A stretch of DNA of 64,000 nt from Eledone cirrhosa (taxonomy: Eukaryota), in the NCBI GenBank assembly GCA_964016885.1, contig OZ024747.1:30318001-30382000 (forward strand), read 5' to 3'. The notes beneath the pieces are model-generated. The model saw nothing but the letters and a program-made list of their open reading frames with translations. It did not search any database and was not told the DNA's origin. Position numbers and translations under genes: made by a program. Positions 14,287 through 28,180 of the stretch are shown here, in pieces (positions within the stretch are counted from its first letter, which is position 1; each line of letters opens with the position of its first letter).

Positions 14287-15597
14287 ATATACATATATAT
14301 ATACACACATATACATACATTGTGGATTTTTCAAAAGAGATTGTTGTTGGCTCAATGTCTCTTGGTAGTTTGAAATTTCAGCCAATCAGCACTAACATGC
14401 CCCAGATTGCGTTAACTTTTGATAATGAAATACAGTCAACTAATTAATGAAAAATTTTCTGGGATTTACTGAATTATACACTATTTCATTACTACTATAG
14501 TAACTTAGCATATGGAAGATTTTAAAGTAAATAAGAGCCCTTAAAATATTTGGTTTTGTTTCAAAGGACCAGATTCGGTTTTGACCAGATTGCTATCAAA
14601 AGGGTTTTGTTATGATTAGAGAATATTTTCATGTATTTCTACTATCATTATTCATATTATTAGTATACTTATTATTAGGAGTAGGAGAAGCATTGCACAT
14701 TGTAGTATAATGGTAAAGAGAATATCACTTTAATTCTTTAGATAGAAATAAGTATTTCATTTATATCATATATGTTCTTGGAATAAACATCAATTCAGCA
14801 GCATCCCATTTTGCTATTCTCCATCCTATAAATAGACATACCCATAAATATATATACGTTATTTAATTTAAATTATATTGAATCAAGTTTAAATGTGAAA
14901 TAAATTCAGTGACTCATTTTACATACGTTTTACCTATTGCAAGTATATACCTCAGATGTATTTTCTCTGCTCAACTGCTGACTTTAAAAACATGTTGACC
15001 TTTAAATCCTTTTGTTATATCATAATAAAGTTGATATCCTGGCTTGTCTAAGTTGTTAATATCTATCTATCTACACACACACACATATATATATCTATGT
15101 AAAACTATATATATATATAAACATGTATATATGATTTAATTTAGGTGAATAATCAACATTTTTATGGAGTTCAAATGAATTTACTTATTTTTACGATTGT
15201 TTCGATTCATTGAAATGTAATTGTAAACATCTGTAACAATTTGCAGATTGATTAATCAATTAATTAAATCGACAAACATGGCAATAACATTTCAAAAATA
15301 AAGCTACGAAAAGCATTATTATTTAGCCTCATGTAATATGATTTTAAGCTACAATGAAATAGAATATGTAAAGATGTGAGACCACATGCTGTAATTACTG
15401 TTCACGTATTCAAATACACGTATAATGTACTTACAGAATCTTGACACACAATGAGATGTTCATTTGAATCTGTAACGTGTTTTTTCAAATAATGCATAGA
15501 AGCTAAATACCGTTTATGGCGGTGCACGGTTATTTAGGTGGTATATGAAAAGACGTCCGAATCTTCAACTTTCGATATTTAATCACAAACTCAGCCA

Positions 15598-15689
15598 ATA
15601 AGTTTATCAACACCGTTATTGATGGTTTCCAACTAACTTCAGATTGTAAGTTAATTGGAGACCATCAATCATGGTGTTAATAAATTTAT
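15598..15689. repeat. Imperfect ~92-nt inverted repeat (hairpin)
   Basis: ataagtttatcaacaccgttattgatggtttccaactaactt pairs with aagttaattggagaccatcaatcatggtgttaataaatttat. Loop is 8 nt. Confidence 0.85.
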
Positions 15690-16094
15690 CTCTGTCTATG
15701 TGTATAAAAAATATCCTGTGCACATCTACATATAGTTAAAGAAATTTAGTGAACATAATTCTAATACTACTGTTATAGGACTCAGTTATCAATTGTTATC
15801 AAAATGTTAAGAAAATAGGTGGGCTCAAGTGATGCTGTAAAGATTCTAAAATAATTTGAAATTGTATATTAAATAGGGTCACATTTATAATAGTAAAGAG
15901 AATAGGAATGCCTGTGCGGGCATGTAGAAAATATTTCAGATTTCCTATTCAAATAATTTAGATCAGACTTAGTTATTAGGAGACACTCTGATAAAAAAAA
16001 AAGGCTACATTTTAGTTACTGGGCTCATATGTCTCTGGTTTTTAAAACAGACCAACTGAGTATTATACCCACTTCTATTGATCTCTTATATATG

Positions 16095-16165
<71 letters not shown>

Positions 16166-16447
16166 TTATATATATATATATATATGTATATTTATATATA
16201 TATATGTATGTATACATATACACACACACATGTATACATATATATATACATATACATATATATACAAACATGTATGCAAGTGTACATCTGTACATACATA
16301 TATATTTATACACATATACATATGCATCCGTATATATATATATATATATATATAACGAAGGAAGTGTGGTAAGGAACCAGGTGGACCATAACGCACCAGA
16401 GTACTCAATACTTAGGGTAGTCGTGTGGGTAATAGGAAATTGTTCAA

Positions 16448-16548
16448 GACCCCGATAGCAGAGCTCTAGCCATTTTGACGGCTATTTCTAGACCAAAATA
16501 TGGTCCAGATATAGCCGTCAAAATGGCATGAGCTCTGCCGTCAGGGTC
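16448..16548. repeat. 101-nt inverted repeat (48-bp stem, 5-nt loop)
   Basis: GACCCCGATAGCAGAGCTCTAGCCATTTTGACGGCTATTTCTAGACCA versus reverse complement GACCCTGACGGCAGAGCTCATGCCATTTTGACGGCTATATCTGGACCA (7 differences). Confidence 0.9.
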
Positions 16549-16625
16549 ATCATCATCATCATCATCATCACCGTTTTACGCCCGTTCTTCCACGCTAGCA
16601 TGGGTTAGACGGTCTTGAACAATTT

Positions 16626-16666
<41 letters not shown>

Positions 16667-19146
16667 GGAGAGAGAGAGAGAGAAAGAGAGAGAGATACAG
16701 ATAGATAGATAGAGAGATACAATTGAAAAATATTTTCCTTTATCTAGACATAAATTTCTAGTATTTTTATGAAAGAGAATTAAGTAAATATGAATTTCAT
16801 ACCTTTTCTTCTAAAATTAAGAGCACACTGAGGTATTTGGTGATTACCACTTCTGTGGAATTTGTTACTCAAATCATGACTATTCTTACCATTTCACAAT
16901 ACGGAACTGAAGATGAGTGTAGTATAGATTGTAGTATATTGCTATCAAACATGGCAGTATTTCACCTGCTTTATGAATTGTTTATATAAAGTAGCAGTGC
17001 AATTTAATAGATGATGATAGAATCTAGAATATAAATTAACAAGCAATGGATTTTGAAAAGAAATGTCATAACCTTTAACATATTAATATGATAATATGTG
17101 GTCGAAAACATGATAATATTATTTGATTTCACTGAGATAGAATAGTATGACTTTAAGAATATAAAAAATGGAAATGTGAGTCTTAATTTCCTATCAGTTT
17201 TCCTTTAGAACATTCCAGATTAGAAGAGAGAGAGAAAAATTAAAAGAAAAGAAGAAATTAGGTGAGAACAAATGATATATATTTTCCTTCTTTAGAAACT
17301 AAAAGAAATTTTTTCAAATAATATATTTGAATTCAACATCATGGCTACACTTTGATTAAGAAAAACATTTAAAGGCAAATCTAAAGAATATATTCTCCAC
17401 TGATTTGCTGATTATGTAACTGAAGCTGTTCAGTTGAAAAAAATATAAACATCTAATGAATAAGTTGTTAATTAGTCAATCCCAAGCAGTTTAGTGAAGA
17501 GCATACAAATGGCATACTTAGTCTACATTTTATTTAACTGAAGTAAATGTGATCAGAAGAATTAAAGGAAGATTAATCTTATAGTATTTACTTTCTCCCC
17601 CCCCCCCCCCCCCGAAAAAAAGCCAACACTAATAAGTGAGATGCTGTTCATATCTTTCCCAAGAGCCATAGTGTGTGATATAAATCTAAAGAAGTATGAC
17701 TGGGAATTGAAAACTGATTGTGATCCCAGCTCTAAGATAAACTTGTCTTCTCATGTTCAATGCTTACCAGAAGTAGTATACTAATAAATTATTTAAAAGT
17801 GTATATTTGTTACAATAAACTATTTATTAACACATTGTTTAAAAATCTATATTTATTATGATGGGTATAATAATTTTTTATTTATACAATTAAAACCCAT
17901 CTATATATATTTCTTTACATCTATTCCAATTATTTTCATAAGAAACCTGTATGAAAGTGAATTCCTTTTAGAACTGTCATTATTTTAAATGATTAATAAA
18001 CTGTCTTGGCTATGACCCTTCAATTGATATATGTAAAGAAACATTGAAATTATTATTGCTGACAATTATATACCCAGCAACAGTGCTAGCTGAAAGACAT
18101 TATATACATCTAGTACGAAACTTCAATTTATTTTATTAGTTAGTCTTTTCTTTTCTTTTTTTTTTTTTTACTTAATTATGGAAAACAGTTGGACTCAAAT
18201 ATAAGACCCCTGTTTTTCAAGAATTATTTTGCTTAATCCTCTTTTTGAAATTAAAAGAATAATGGACAGGAATTAATTAAAATTTCAGATTTTTGCCAAT
18301 GTTTTTGGAATCTAAAATCAGTTCCATTTTAAAATCAGCAGTAAATAAAAAGTATTTAATTTTTTCACTTTACCTTCTTATAAAGTTTGTTTTTTGGTTT
18401 TTATTATTTATTTATATATTTTTTTTTGTTGAAAGAAATTTCTGAGATTAAAGTTTTAATTAATTTTTAGGTTTATGGAATTTCTATTTTGAGACATTAA
18501 AATAATGATGGATTTATTTGAGACCTGTTTAAAAAAAAAAAAAAAAAAAAAAAAATGTGGATTTTTATTAGCTCAATCATAGGTATATACTATACGAAGA
18601 CATAGCAAAACCTTTCCAAAGTTGCCATGAAATGTGAAGATTTTAGAAATATTTTGGTTTCCAGTCAAAATTCTGAGATAATGATTGAGATGGAATTTGA
18701 TATTGTTTAATAGATTTTGTTGAAATCTATGGGTATATTCAGTGGCCTGTCCTTTAGGTACATAGAGCACTTAATAATAAGGTCACTGAGTGTAAAAAAT
18801 ATTGAAAAATACAAGAGCCACTCTTGTTAGCAAGCTAATACATGGGATGTGTGTATATGTGTATGTGTGTGTGTGTGTGTGTATTGGGAGAGATGCATGA
18901 GCAAATGGTACTTCTATTAATGTGTATGCAGATATACATACAAAAGATGCAGATGAATGTGTGTACATACATGTATGTATAACCTACATATTCAGGACAT
19001 GTTGATATAGATAATTATGTATGTTCATATATATACCAGTACACGTTTGTATTTACAATTTATATTTGCATATTGGTGCATATATATGCTTACATGTATT
19101 TTGAGTGACAAAGAATACATTTGCTACATATATATGTACATATACA

Positions 19147-19196
<50 letters not shown>

Positions 19197-19731
19197 TCTC
19201 ACACACATACATGCACGTTTAAGTACACATACAAACACATGTACACATGTAGAGTATATACTACATGCGTAAATTTATATCATTCATCATGGAAACATAA
19301 TATCACATTGAACCCACATAAACCTGTATGTATATGTAAGCATATACAAAGGCAGCCAAATGCACATCAACACATACTCTACTACATATATCTATCAGCA
19401 GCAGTCACCATATTTTCACATGGAGAGAAATAATCATCTCTTAATCTGCAATAGTCTTTTTTCTTCTCTACACTATTTTAAAATTGGTTAAACATTTCTC
19501 TTCAAATTTCACTTTATAATATATTTCCTTCAATATATTATAATTGTTTACTTTTCATCTTAATAATTTGCCTTTAAACATTTAATAATTGTTTAACAGC
19601 TTTCCTTAACATATTACCATTTTTATATATTTTTCCTTTAATATTTAACATTAACATTCAACATATCAACATAAAGTATAAATACACTTTCTTTCTCTCT
19701 CCTTAACTGTTAACAAATTTACACTGCTTCA

Positions 19732-19764
<33 letters not shown>

Positions 19765-22700
19765 GCTTAACATTTGACAAATCAACATAGTTTATTATTA
19801 TTTAAACACCACCAATATCAACAAAATTGTTGATAGACCTGCAAGTTTGTTTAGTTATAACTGCAGCAGAAAAAATATTTCTGTAAGTTGATATACATAT
19901 TCTGTGAGATATCGTCATCATCGTTTGTATGACTTACTGTCTTTACTTAATCATAGTATTTGTATTTATTTCATGACATTTTCAAACTTCTGACTTCATC
20001 ATTAGGTTGCCAGGTTACCTAGAGAGGGATTCAGGCATATTGGTCTGGTCATCCTTGTTGGGCCTGGTGTAGATTCCATGCTGTGTCAATTCATGGCCAA
20101 ATAATCTACATCAGTTTCTCAACAGGACATTATTGTTTTCAGGGACTGGGTTTATACAAATGGAAGACTATGTCTTCGACATAAATGAAGGGCAAGTCAA
20201 TTTATTCCCTTTGTAATTCTCATTTAAAAACTTGCATCAGTGAGTTGATCAAATTACCAGTGTTTAGTAAATTATTGGTCATTTGTAATATATATATATG
20301 TATTACTTTTATTTCTTTTTCATTGTAAACAAATTCATTTCTAACTTATGCATCCACATTTCCATGCCAGCATGGGTCAGATGAATTTGAAACTTTTGGG
20401 TTGAATATTTGCTTCATTTTTGGAGCAGATATCTTCACAGCTGGGTACATTTTACTAATATCAATCACAGAACAATGAAATAGGTTGCCATTCATATTCG
20501 AGTTATTTGGCTGAGGCAAAAAGTATAACATAACAGGCCAGAGACAATGTAATACTTGTGACAGAGTGAGAACTTGCAAGTTGTCCACCATTTTAATTAC
20601 TTAACCACTGCATTAACAATGAAGAAGGAGAAATATGCCAACAGGAGAAATGATAAAATACATTTACATTTACATGTAAACAACTCAAAACTTCAATTTC
20701 ACCATTCATAGCATGTATAGCTAAAATGTAAAAAAAAAAAAATATATATATATATATATACAAGGAATTGAAATTTATTGAGATCTGGGTCGGTAGATAT
20801 AATGTATATTTATATGGTATAGTCTCTCTTATGAGAGGTCTAGAGGCTAAATGAGTCAAAAGGGTGAAAGAATATGAGATTTGCTCAAATTTAAATTTAA
20901 AACAACTGCTTACTTTGAAATGAATCTTTCAGATGACATGGGTGTTTGTACATAAAATGCATGTTTAAATCGATAGAGGCAAGCATGATAGAAATGATTA
21001 TTTGGTGAGAACAAGTTTGGAGCCTCTGACTATGTAGTTTAAATACTGTCTACAGATACTTAGCATTTTATTCCTCCACAATTAACAACAGAATACCATT
21101 TTGTTTTCAATGTTACAAAATAGTTCAACTAAAAGAGATCAATAGATTTAATGTAATAAACAGACTGCATGTTTGATGTTGCAGTTTGGTGGTTCATGTG
21201 CCATTTTGTCTTTGAGTTCAAACACAGCCAGATATATTTCAGATAATATACATGGAAATAACTGTTTATCATCTGGGTGAAAAATGTTTAGCCAAGAGCC
21301 TTATATTCAAATGTATTTCATTGTAAATGCAGCCTATTAGTATATTGCTCATATACACCAACCATACACACATACTCTGAAGGAAATTCAAGAAAAGAGG
21401 ATTTGGAATAATTCGAAAACCTTCCTTCACAAACACTTTGTCATTACAAGCAGTTTACTTTGTTTTTTTTCTCCTCCACTACAATGGTTTTTACTCCTTA
21501 CTTAATTATAATTATCAACCAGAATCTAGACTGAAGATTTCATCTAATCCCATATCTGAAACAAACTAGATAAATCACCCAGTCATCTGAGGGGGTGCGT
21601 AAAAACGTTGTGGAACAATAGTAATATTCCTCTTTTAAAGATCAACAAATATAATTTTATATACAAAATGCAACAAAAAAGGGTGGATTAATATATGAAC
21701 ATTAAGATGAGGATTCAACGTGTGGCTTTTCTACCCAACAACAAGTAATGTCTTGACTTATGGAAAAGCAATTTTATTTACAGCCTACATTTAAGTTAAT
21801 GTAACACAGCACCTAAATCATAAACAGATGAATTATGACAGATATAATCATGGCCGTTAAACGAAGATGATGATGATGATGATGATGATAATGGTACCAG
21901 GCATATTACTTATCTGCAAAAATTAAGATTTTTAGAAGTGAAGTAAATTAACAGATATTTTTATAAAGTTTGATGTTCGATGTCGATATAAAGTCTTTGG
22001 CCCACACCCTGACTTATTTTATCCCTTACAAAATAATAATAAAAAAAGATAAGAGGGTATTTACTTCACTTTAATCAATTCTAGGTTAGTGCTCTCTGAG
22101 GTCAGATTACTTTAGACAAAATGAATAACTAGATATATACATCTGGTCGGTAAGTTATATTGGAAACTGCATATTTTAATATATTATAGGAATAGGTATA
22201 CTATTACTTATTTGGATAGACAAAGATGTTTATGAATAAAATAAACAGTTAGATGTTGATATTAACTCTCATTTGCCACATTCTCATTTATGTTACTGTT
22301 TACAATCAGAATATACTAGAAACTGTCTACTTTATCAATAAATTGTAGCTCACTTATCTCAGTAATACAAATGTTACAGTGCTTTACTTTAATAAGGACA
22401 ACTACGATATTCTTTATTCTAGAAAATGACATCTAATCTATGAATCTATTGAAAAGAATGTCCAGTAAACAATGTTGTGTTGTGTTAAGCGAATAAATTA
22501 ATGCCAATTGCTTCTAAATCTCTGACAATGTTGAGCTAAGATCACATTTCTTGGTACATATCCTCCCTACCCTTCTCTCTCTATTTTGCAGGATATTTTA
22601 TCAAATAACAATATTTATGTTCCAGCATGGCCCATATCAAAATGGTTCCAATGATTTCAGAAACAATAATCTTTTAGATATAGTCAACATCACAACAGGA

Positions 22701-23459
22701 TATTTTTCATATTACTTATACAATACTGTCTTATTTTTCAAAGTCATAAATACGCACATCACTCAATCCTTTCTCCTTTTTAATTCACAATAGCGAATCC
22801 CTGCAGGACAGAATACAGTCGCTCACTTAAACTTTCCAACAAATACTAACCAAACTGCAACAATTCAAACTAATTAAACCTTATTTTGCCAAGTGATATT
22901 TTTAGTCCAAAGGATAATTTGAGTCATATTATCTATAGCACCATACAATTGGCAATAACAAATTCCTATAAATAAATGTGATTATTACTTATGACACTCT
23001 ACTCTCTGTTATGTTTAGAATTGTCAATTCTGATTGAGAAGACTTATAGGGTCAAAAGTAATCCAATCATGGATACCTATCCTATTTAGAGATATTGTAC
23101 ATCTAGAACTACATTATCTCCAATGTACTCTTCTCGCTTTTTAAAAACAGGCTAGGATGTCATCTGAGGAAGATCTGATTGCTATTTCTAGCTTCCTCAC
23201 TGCTTAAACATGTAATAATCTTACAGTGAAAATATAATTATTTCTTAACTAATCAACATCTCACATCTAGTTTACCTTGGAGCAGTTTAATACATATTGG
23301 CTTCTTCTATGTAACTTAAATGAAAACAAAAACAATAAAAACTATAATCTTGATAATAAAATAGCAATAACAACAATAAAAAAATAATCATCACCCCCTG
23401 CCAAAAAGTTGGTATTCATAACGAGTCATCATGTTGTACCTGCTTAATTTTTACATGTT

Positions 23460-25807
23460 AATAATTGTTTCTACTTTTGGCACAAGGCCATCAATTACCC
23501 AGTACATTACTGGTACTTTATTTTATCGACCCCATAAGGATGAAAGGCAAAGTTAACCTCGATGGGATTTGAACTCAGACCGTAAAGAGACGTAACTATG
23601 CTAGAAAGCATGGCGTCCAACCCAATTCACCGTCCTGCATGTTAATAATAATACATGTTAATAATAATAATAATAATTGTTTCTACTTTTTGGCACAAAG
23701 CCAGCAATTATCCCAGTGTATTACTGGTACCTTATTTTATCAACCCCGTAAGGATGAAAGGGAAAGTTAACCGTAGCAGGATTTGAACTCAGACCGTAAA
23801 GGGCCGTAACTCTATGCTGCAAATCATGGCCTCTGACTCTCTACCGATACTACCAATCCACCGCCCTTATATCAGTAATAATAGTAATAATGGTTTCTGA
23901 TTTAGGTACAAAGCCAACTATGTTAGGTGAAGGGAAAGTCAATTAAATGAACCCTAGTGCATTACAGGTACTCTATTTTATCAACCATATAAGGAAGAAA
24001 AGCAAAGCTAATCTCAGTAGGACTGGAAATCAGAATGTAAAGGGACATAATTCTATGTTGCAAAGCATTACCAATACCCCAACCCATTGCCCTACTACTA
24101 ATAATTGTTTCTACTTTTGGCACAAAGCCAGCAATTAACCAGTGCATTACTGGTACTTTATTTTATCGAACCCGTAAGGATGAAAGGAACTCTATGCTGC
24201 AAAGCATGGCATCCGACCTTCTACCGATACTGCCAATCCACCACCCTAATACTACTAATAAGGAATAATAATTGTTGCTACTATGGGCAGAAATTTCTTG
24301 AGAAGGAGTTTCTACACTAAGATTATTAAATACATCTATCTCAATAATCTGTTAAATAATATTTTCAAATTCTATGATTGGAAGGCATATTCATAGAAAT
24401 TTAAATCTAAAGGTGTAATCTGAGTTTTTCGAATATTAATAATTACATTCGATTCGTTTGCAATTATGCAAACAAGCCTCAATTTTATAGCCATGTCAGT
24501 AGAATGAACCCTTCATTCTTGCTCTTGTGTTGGTATGTGAACAGATCACATGCCAACACAAGAGCAAGAATGAAGGGTTCATTCTACTTACATGGCTATA
24601 AAATTGAGGCTTGTTTGCATAATTGCAAACGAATCGAATGTTATTATTAATATTCGAAAAACTCAGATTACATTTATTGTATTCAGCCATGTAGAGCAAC
24701 AATTTTTTTAAAAATTTAAATCTAAAGGAATGCCTTCATATTCTCATCCTACACACACGCACACACACAAGTCTTAGATTTAGTCTTTATTGTTGTCAAT
24801 AGTACAACTTAAAAGAATACGAAGATGTTGCTGATAATAATGGTACTAATTTTGGTACAAGGCCAACAATTTTGGAGGAGGGGAAAGTTGATTAAATTGA
24901 CTCCAGTGCATAACTGGTACTTTACTTTATTGATGCTGCAAGGATCAAAGGCAAAGCTAACTTTCGCAGGATTTGAACTCAGAATTAAATCTCTGACACC
25001 TTAAAATTCTGCCAATAATGATTCCTTATATTGGTATTGGTACAAATTCAAAGAATTGTAGTGGTAGAAGATATAATAAACTGAATTGATTCCAGTAGAA
25101 GCCTGATACTTATTTTATGTAACCCAGGGTGGCAGGTATGAAAGGCAAAGTTGGCTCCAGCAGGATTTGAACTCTAGATGTAGAAAGATGACATTCAATA
25201 CTGTATGACATTTTGTACACCACTCTGTCATATCTGACAGACATTTCACTACTTTTTACAACAACAAAAACAATAATAATAATTGTTTCTACTATTGGCA
25301 CAAGGCCAGCAATTACCCAGTACATTACTGGTACTTTATTTTATCGACCCCGTAAGGATGAAAGGCAAAGTTAACCTAATAATGGTTTCTGATTTAGGCA
25401 CTATGCCAACAAATTTGCGGGATGGAGAAAGTCGTTTAAATTGACGCCAGTGCATTATTGGTGCTTTATTTGATCGACCTTGTAAGGATGAAAGGTAAAG
25501 CTAGCCTTGGTGGGATTTGAACTCAGAATGTAAAGGGCCGTAACGCTATGCCATAAAGCATGTTGTCCGACGCTTTACTGATACTGCCAATACACCCTTA
25601 ATAATAATAATAATAATAATTGTTTCTACTTTTGGCACAAGGCCAGCAATTGCCCAGTACATTATTGGTACTTTATTTTATCGACCCCATAAGGATGAAA
25701 GGCAAAGTTAACCTTGGCGGGATTTGAACTCAGATCGTAAAGGGACGTAACTCTTTGCGTCAAAGCATGGCGTCTGACTCTCTACTGATACTGCCAATCC
25801 ACCGCCG

Positions 25808-25847
<40 letters not shown>

Positions 25848-26020
25848 CAATATTTAACATAGGCACATTTCCCGAAATTTTGGAGCAAGGATCAATCTCG
25901 GTAGTTATGTTACTTCATTTTATTGATCCAGAAATGATAAGATGCAAAGCTGACTTTGATGGGATTTGAACTCAGAATGCAAAGAGCCAGAAAAAATACT
26001 GCAAGACATTTTGTCAGACA
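23460..26020 (-). mobile_element. Cluster of about 10 same-orientation SINE family 1 copies separated by (AAT)n tails
   Basis: Recurring ttgtttctacttttggcacaaggcc or ggtttctgatttaggtac starts near 23464, 23676, 23890, 24103, 24840, 25040, 25281, 25382, 25619 and 25855. Confidence 0.88.
24414..24672. repeat. Near-perfect ~260-bp palindrome inside an insertion flanked by 17-bp direct repeats
   Basis: Arms tgtaatctgagtttttcgaat...gtgttggtatgtga and tcacatgccaacac...attcgaaaaactcagattaca. aaatttaaatctaaagg occurs at 24397-24413 and 24712-24728. Confidence 0.93.
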
Positions 26021-27702
26021 AAATAATGAATTCTCTTTCCACACATATATATAGTCGTACTCTACTATCCCAAGTATCGAGTACTCTGTTAGTTGGGCCC
26101 CAACTCTTCCTAATATATATATATATATTGACAGTGCTTGTCAAATATCTTTTTCTGTTTCACATACATTTTTCCATGGGTAGAAAGATCTCATTGCTGC
26201 AAAAATTTTTATTTTTTAATGCTTGATACATTTCCCCCATTTCTGCAAAATATTCAGCCTTGAATTAGAAATAAAATCTGAAGTCTGTCAGACAAGCCAA
26301 CTGAAAGAAGCAGAAATATGTATCTTGTTTAGAGATGCATAATATTGCTTGTAGTAAGGTTTAGTCTAATGACTATGTCAGTAGTTCATAATTCAGCTCC
26401 TTATTTTCAACAGTTATTCTGTTCAGATCAGAATTGCTTATATGAAATCTTTCTAATACTTCATCTTCTTCTTGTAGGAATTCACTGCTGTAAACACTTT
26501 CCTGTTTGAAACGCGTCAGATTGCTTGACAACTAAGCTTGAATCTTTGAATAATGTTAAGTGGAAACAATTTAATAGTGTCTCTATGTTCTTAATGAGGG
26601 AAATATGGATAGGGATGATAATTAGAGAAATGAGGGTGATGCTGGTCATTATGTTAATGATTAGAATGGCATCAGTAATTATTAAAGTGTTTTGTCTGTC
26701 ATTTGTTTTTAAGCTTTTGATGACTGTAAAAATAAAAATTAAATTCAGTTTAATATCATTAACAACAACCACTCTAGAACCCACGCAAAAAAGGTTTGTA
26801 ACCGATTCAGATATTTGAATGTTGATTCCTTGCTCTACATACATGCTCCTCCCATTTCAAATTACTAATGTCTGACTAATATTTATGCATGGTTTTCTAC
26901 AAAAAATCAGCTAAGATCACAGATCACAGACTTTAAACATGCTAAGACTCTGTAATGAAAGATGAAAATCCTTGTGAACAATTAGGATATTCATTTTAAT
27001 CTTCGGATTTTCCTACATCAACGCAAGTTGATGATATAATACAGATGAATCATGAAATTTGGACAAGAAACAAATAATCAAACAGCAGCTTGTTGATCCA
27101 GAGTGTCCAAAGAATCTTAAACAAGCATAGTGTTTGTAATGATCTAGTCCTTCCATGGTCACCAAGTAAACAAAAAATAATAAAAGAAAATCTGTTGAAG
27201 AGGAAAGTATTTTATGATATTTCAGGACCACTAGTGATATGAAGGATATGTATAATGCAAGGTGTTTCTCATCTTGTTACACAAGATATCTAAAGTATTT
27301 CAAAGTGGTTAGAAGTGTTCTGAGTTTTAGCGATCACACGACTATGACTTCTAATCAGACTATTAATTTAAAAAACACAAATATATGCAATCTCTTTCTT
27401 CTAATTATAAAATTGTATGGAAACAGAAATGAGCTATCAGTTAGTCTTCATTGGGTACCTAGTGTTGTTCTTTCTTTGTTTATCTCAACGATCGCTCACT
27501 CAACTCTTGAGTAGATGATGGAGAATGACATCAGATTTATAGAAGTGTTAATTATATTTCTTTCAATCCGCTTCTTCAATGATGAAAGGAGACTGGAGAA
27601 TAGAGATGGCAACTGAAACAAGGCATGGAAATGATGACGAGAATGAATTTTAAACATCTGTGTCATTTTAATATTTTCAGTTGGATTTTGTGACATTCAT
27701 TG

Positions 27703-27704
<2 letters not shown>

Positions 27705-27754
<50 letters not shown>

Positions 27755-28180
27755 TAATAATAATGGTTTTTGATTTAGGTACAAGGCCAACAATTTTGGG
27801 GGAAGAGGGAAGTCAATTAAATCGACCCTAGTGCGTTACTTGAACTTTATTTTATCGACCCTGTAAGGATGAAAGGCAAAGTTAACCTCGGCGGGATTGA
27901 ACTCAGACCGTAAAGGGACATAACTATGCTGGAAAGCATGGCGTCCAACCGTCTACTGATACTGCCAATTCAATGATTTCTAATATAAGGACAAGGACAG
28001 AAATTTAAGGGAGGGGACAGTCGATTATTTCAATCCCAGTACCTGACTAGTACTTATTGTATTGATTCAAGAAGGATGAAAGACAAAGTCTACCTAAGTG
28101 GGATTTGAACTAAATATGTAAAGAGACAGAAAAAAACCCACAATGCATTTCGTCTGATGCTCTAATCATTCTCCCAATCA
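27705..28180 (-). mobile_element. (AAT)n tract plus two tandem SINE family 1 copies
   Basis: Matches to the SINE consensus near 27763-27970 and 27975-28180. Confidence 0.82.

Noticed and set aside
20143-20196. Small plus-strand exon candidate (TGFIQMEDYVFDINE) with GC donor
   Set aside because: It is too short, has a non-canonical donor and has no corroborating neighbour.
23460-26020. Repeat-spacer-like periodicity suggesting a CRISPR array
   Set aside because: The units are 100-200 bp diverged SINE copies in eukaryotic DNA, and there are no cas genes.
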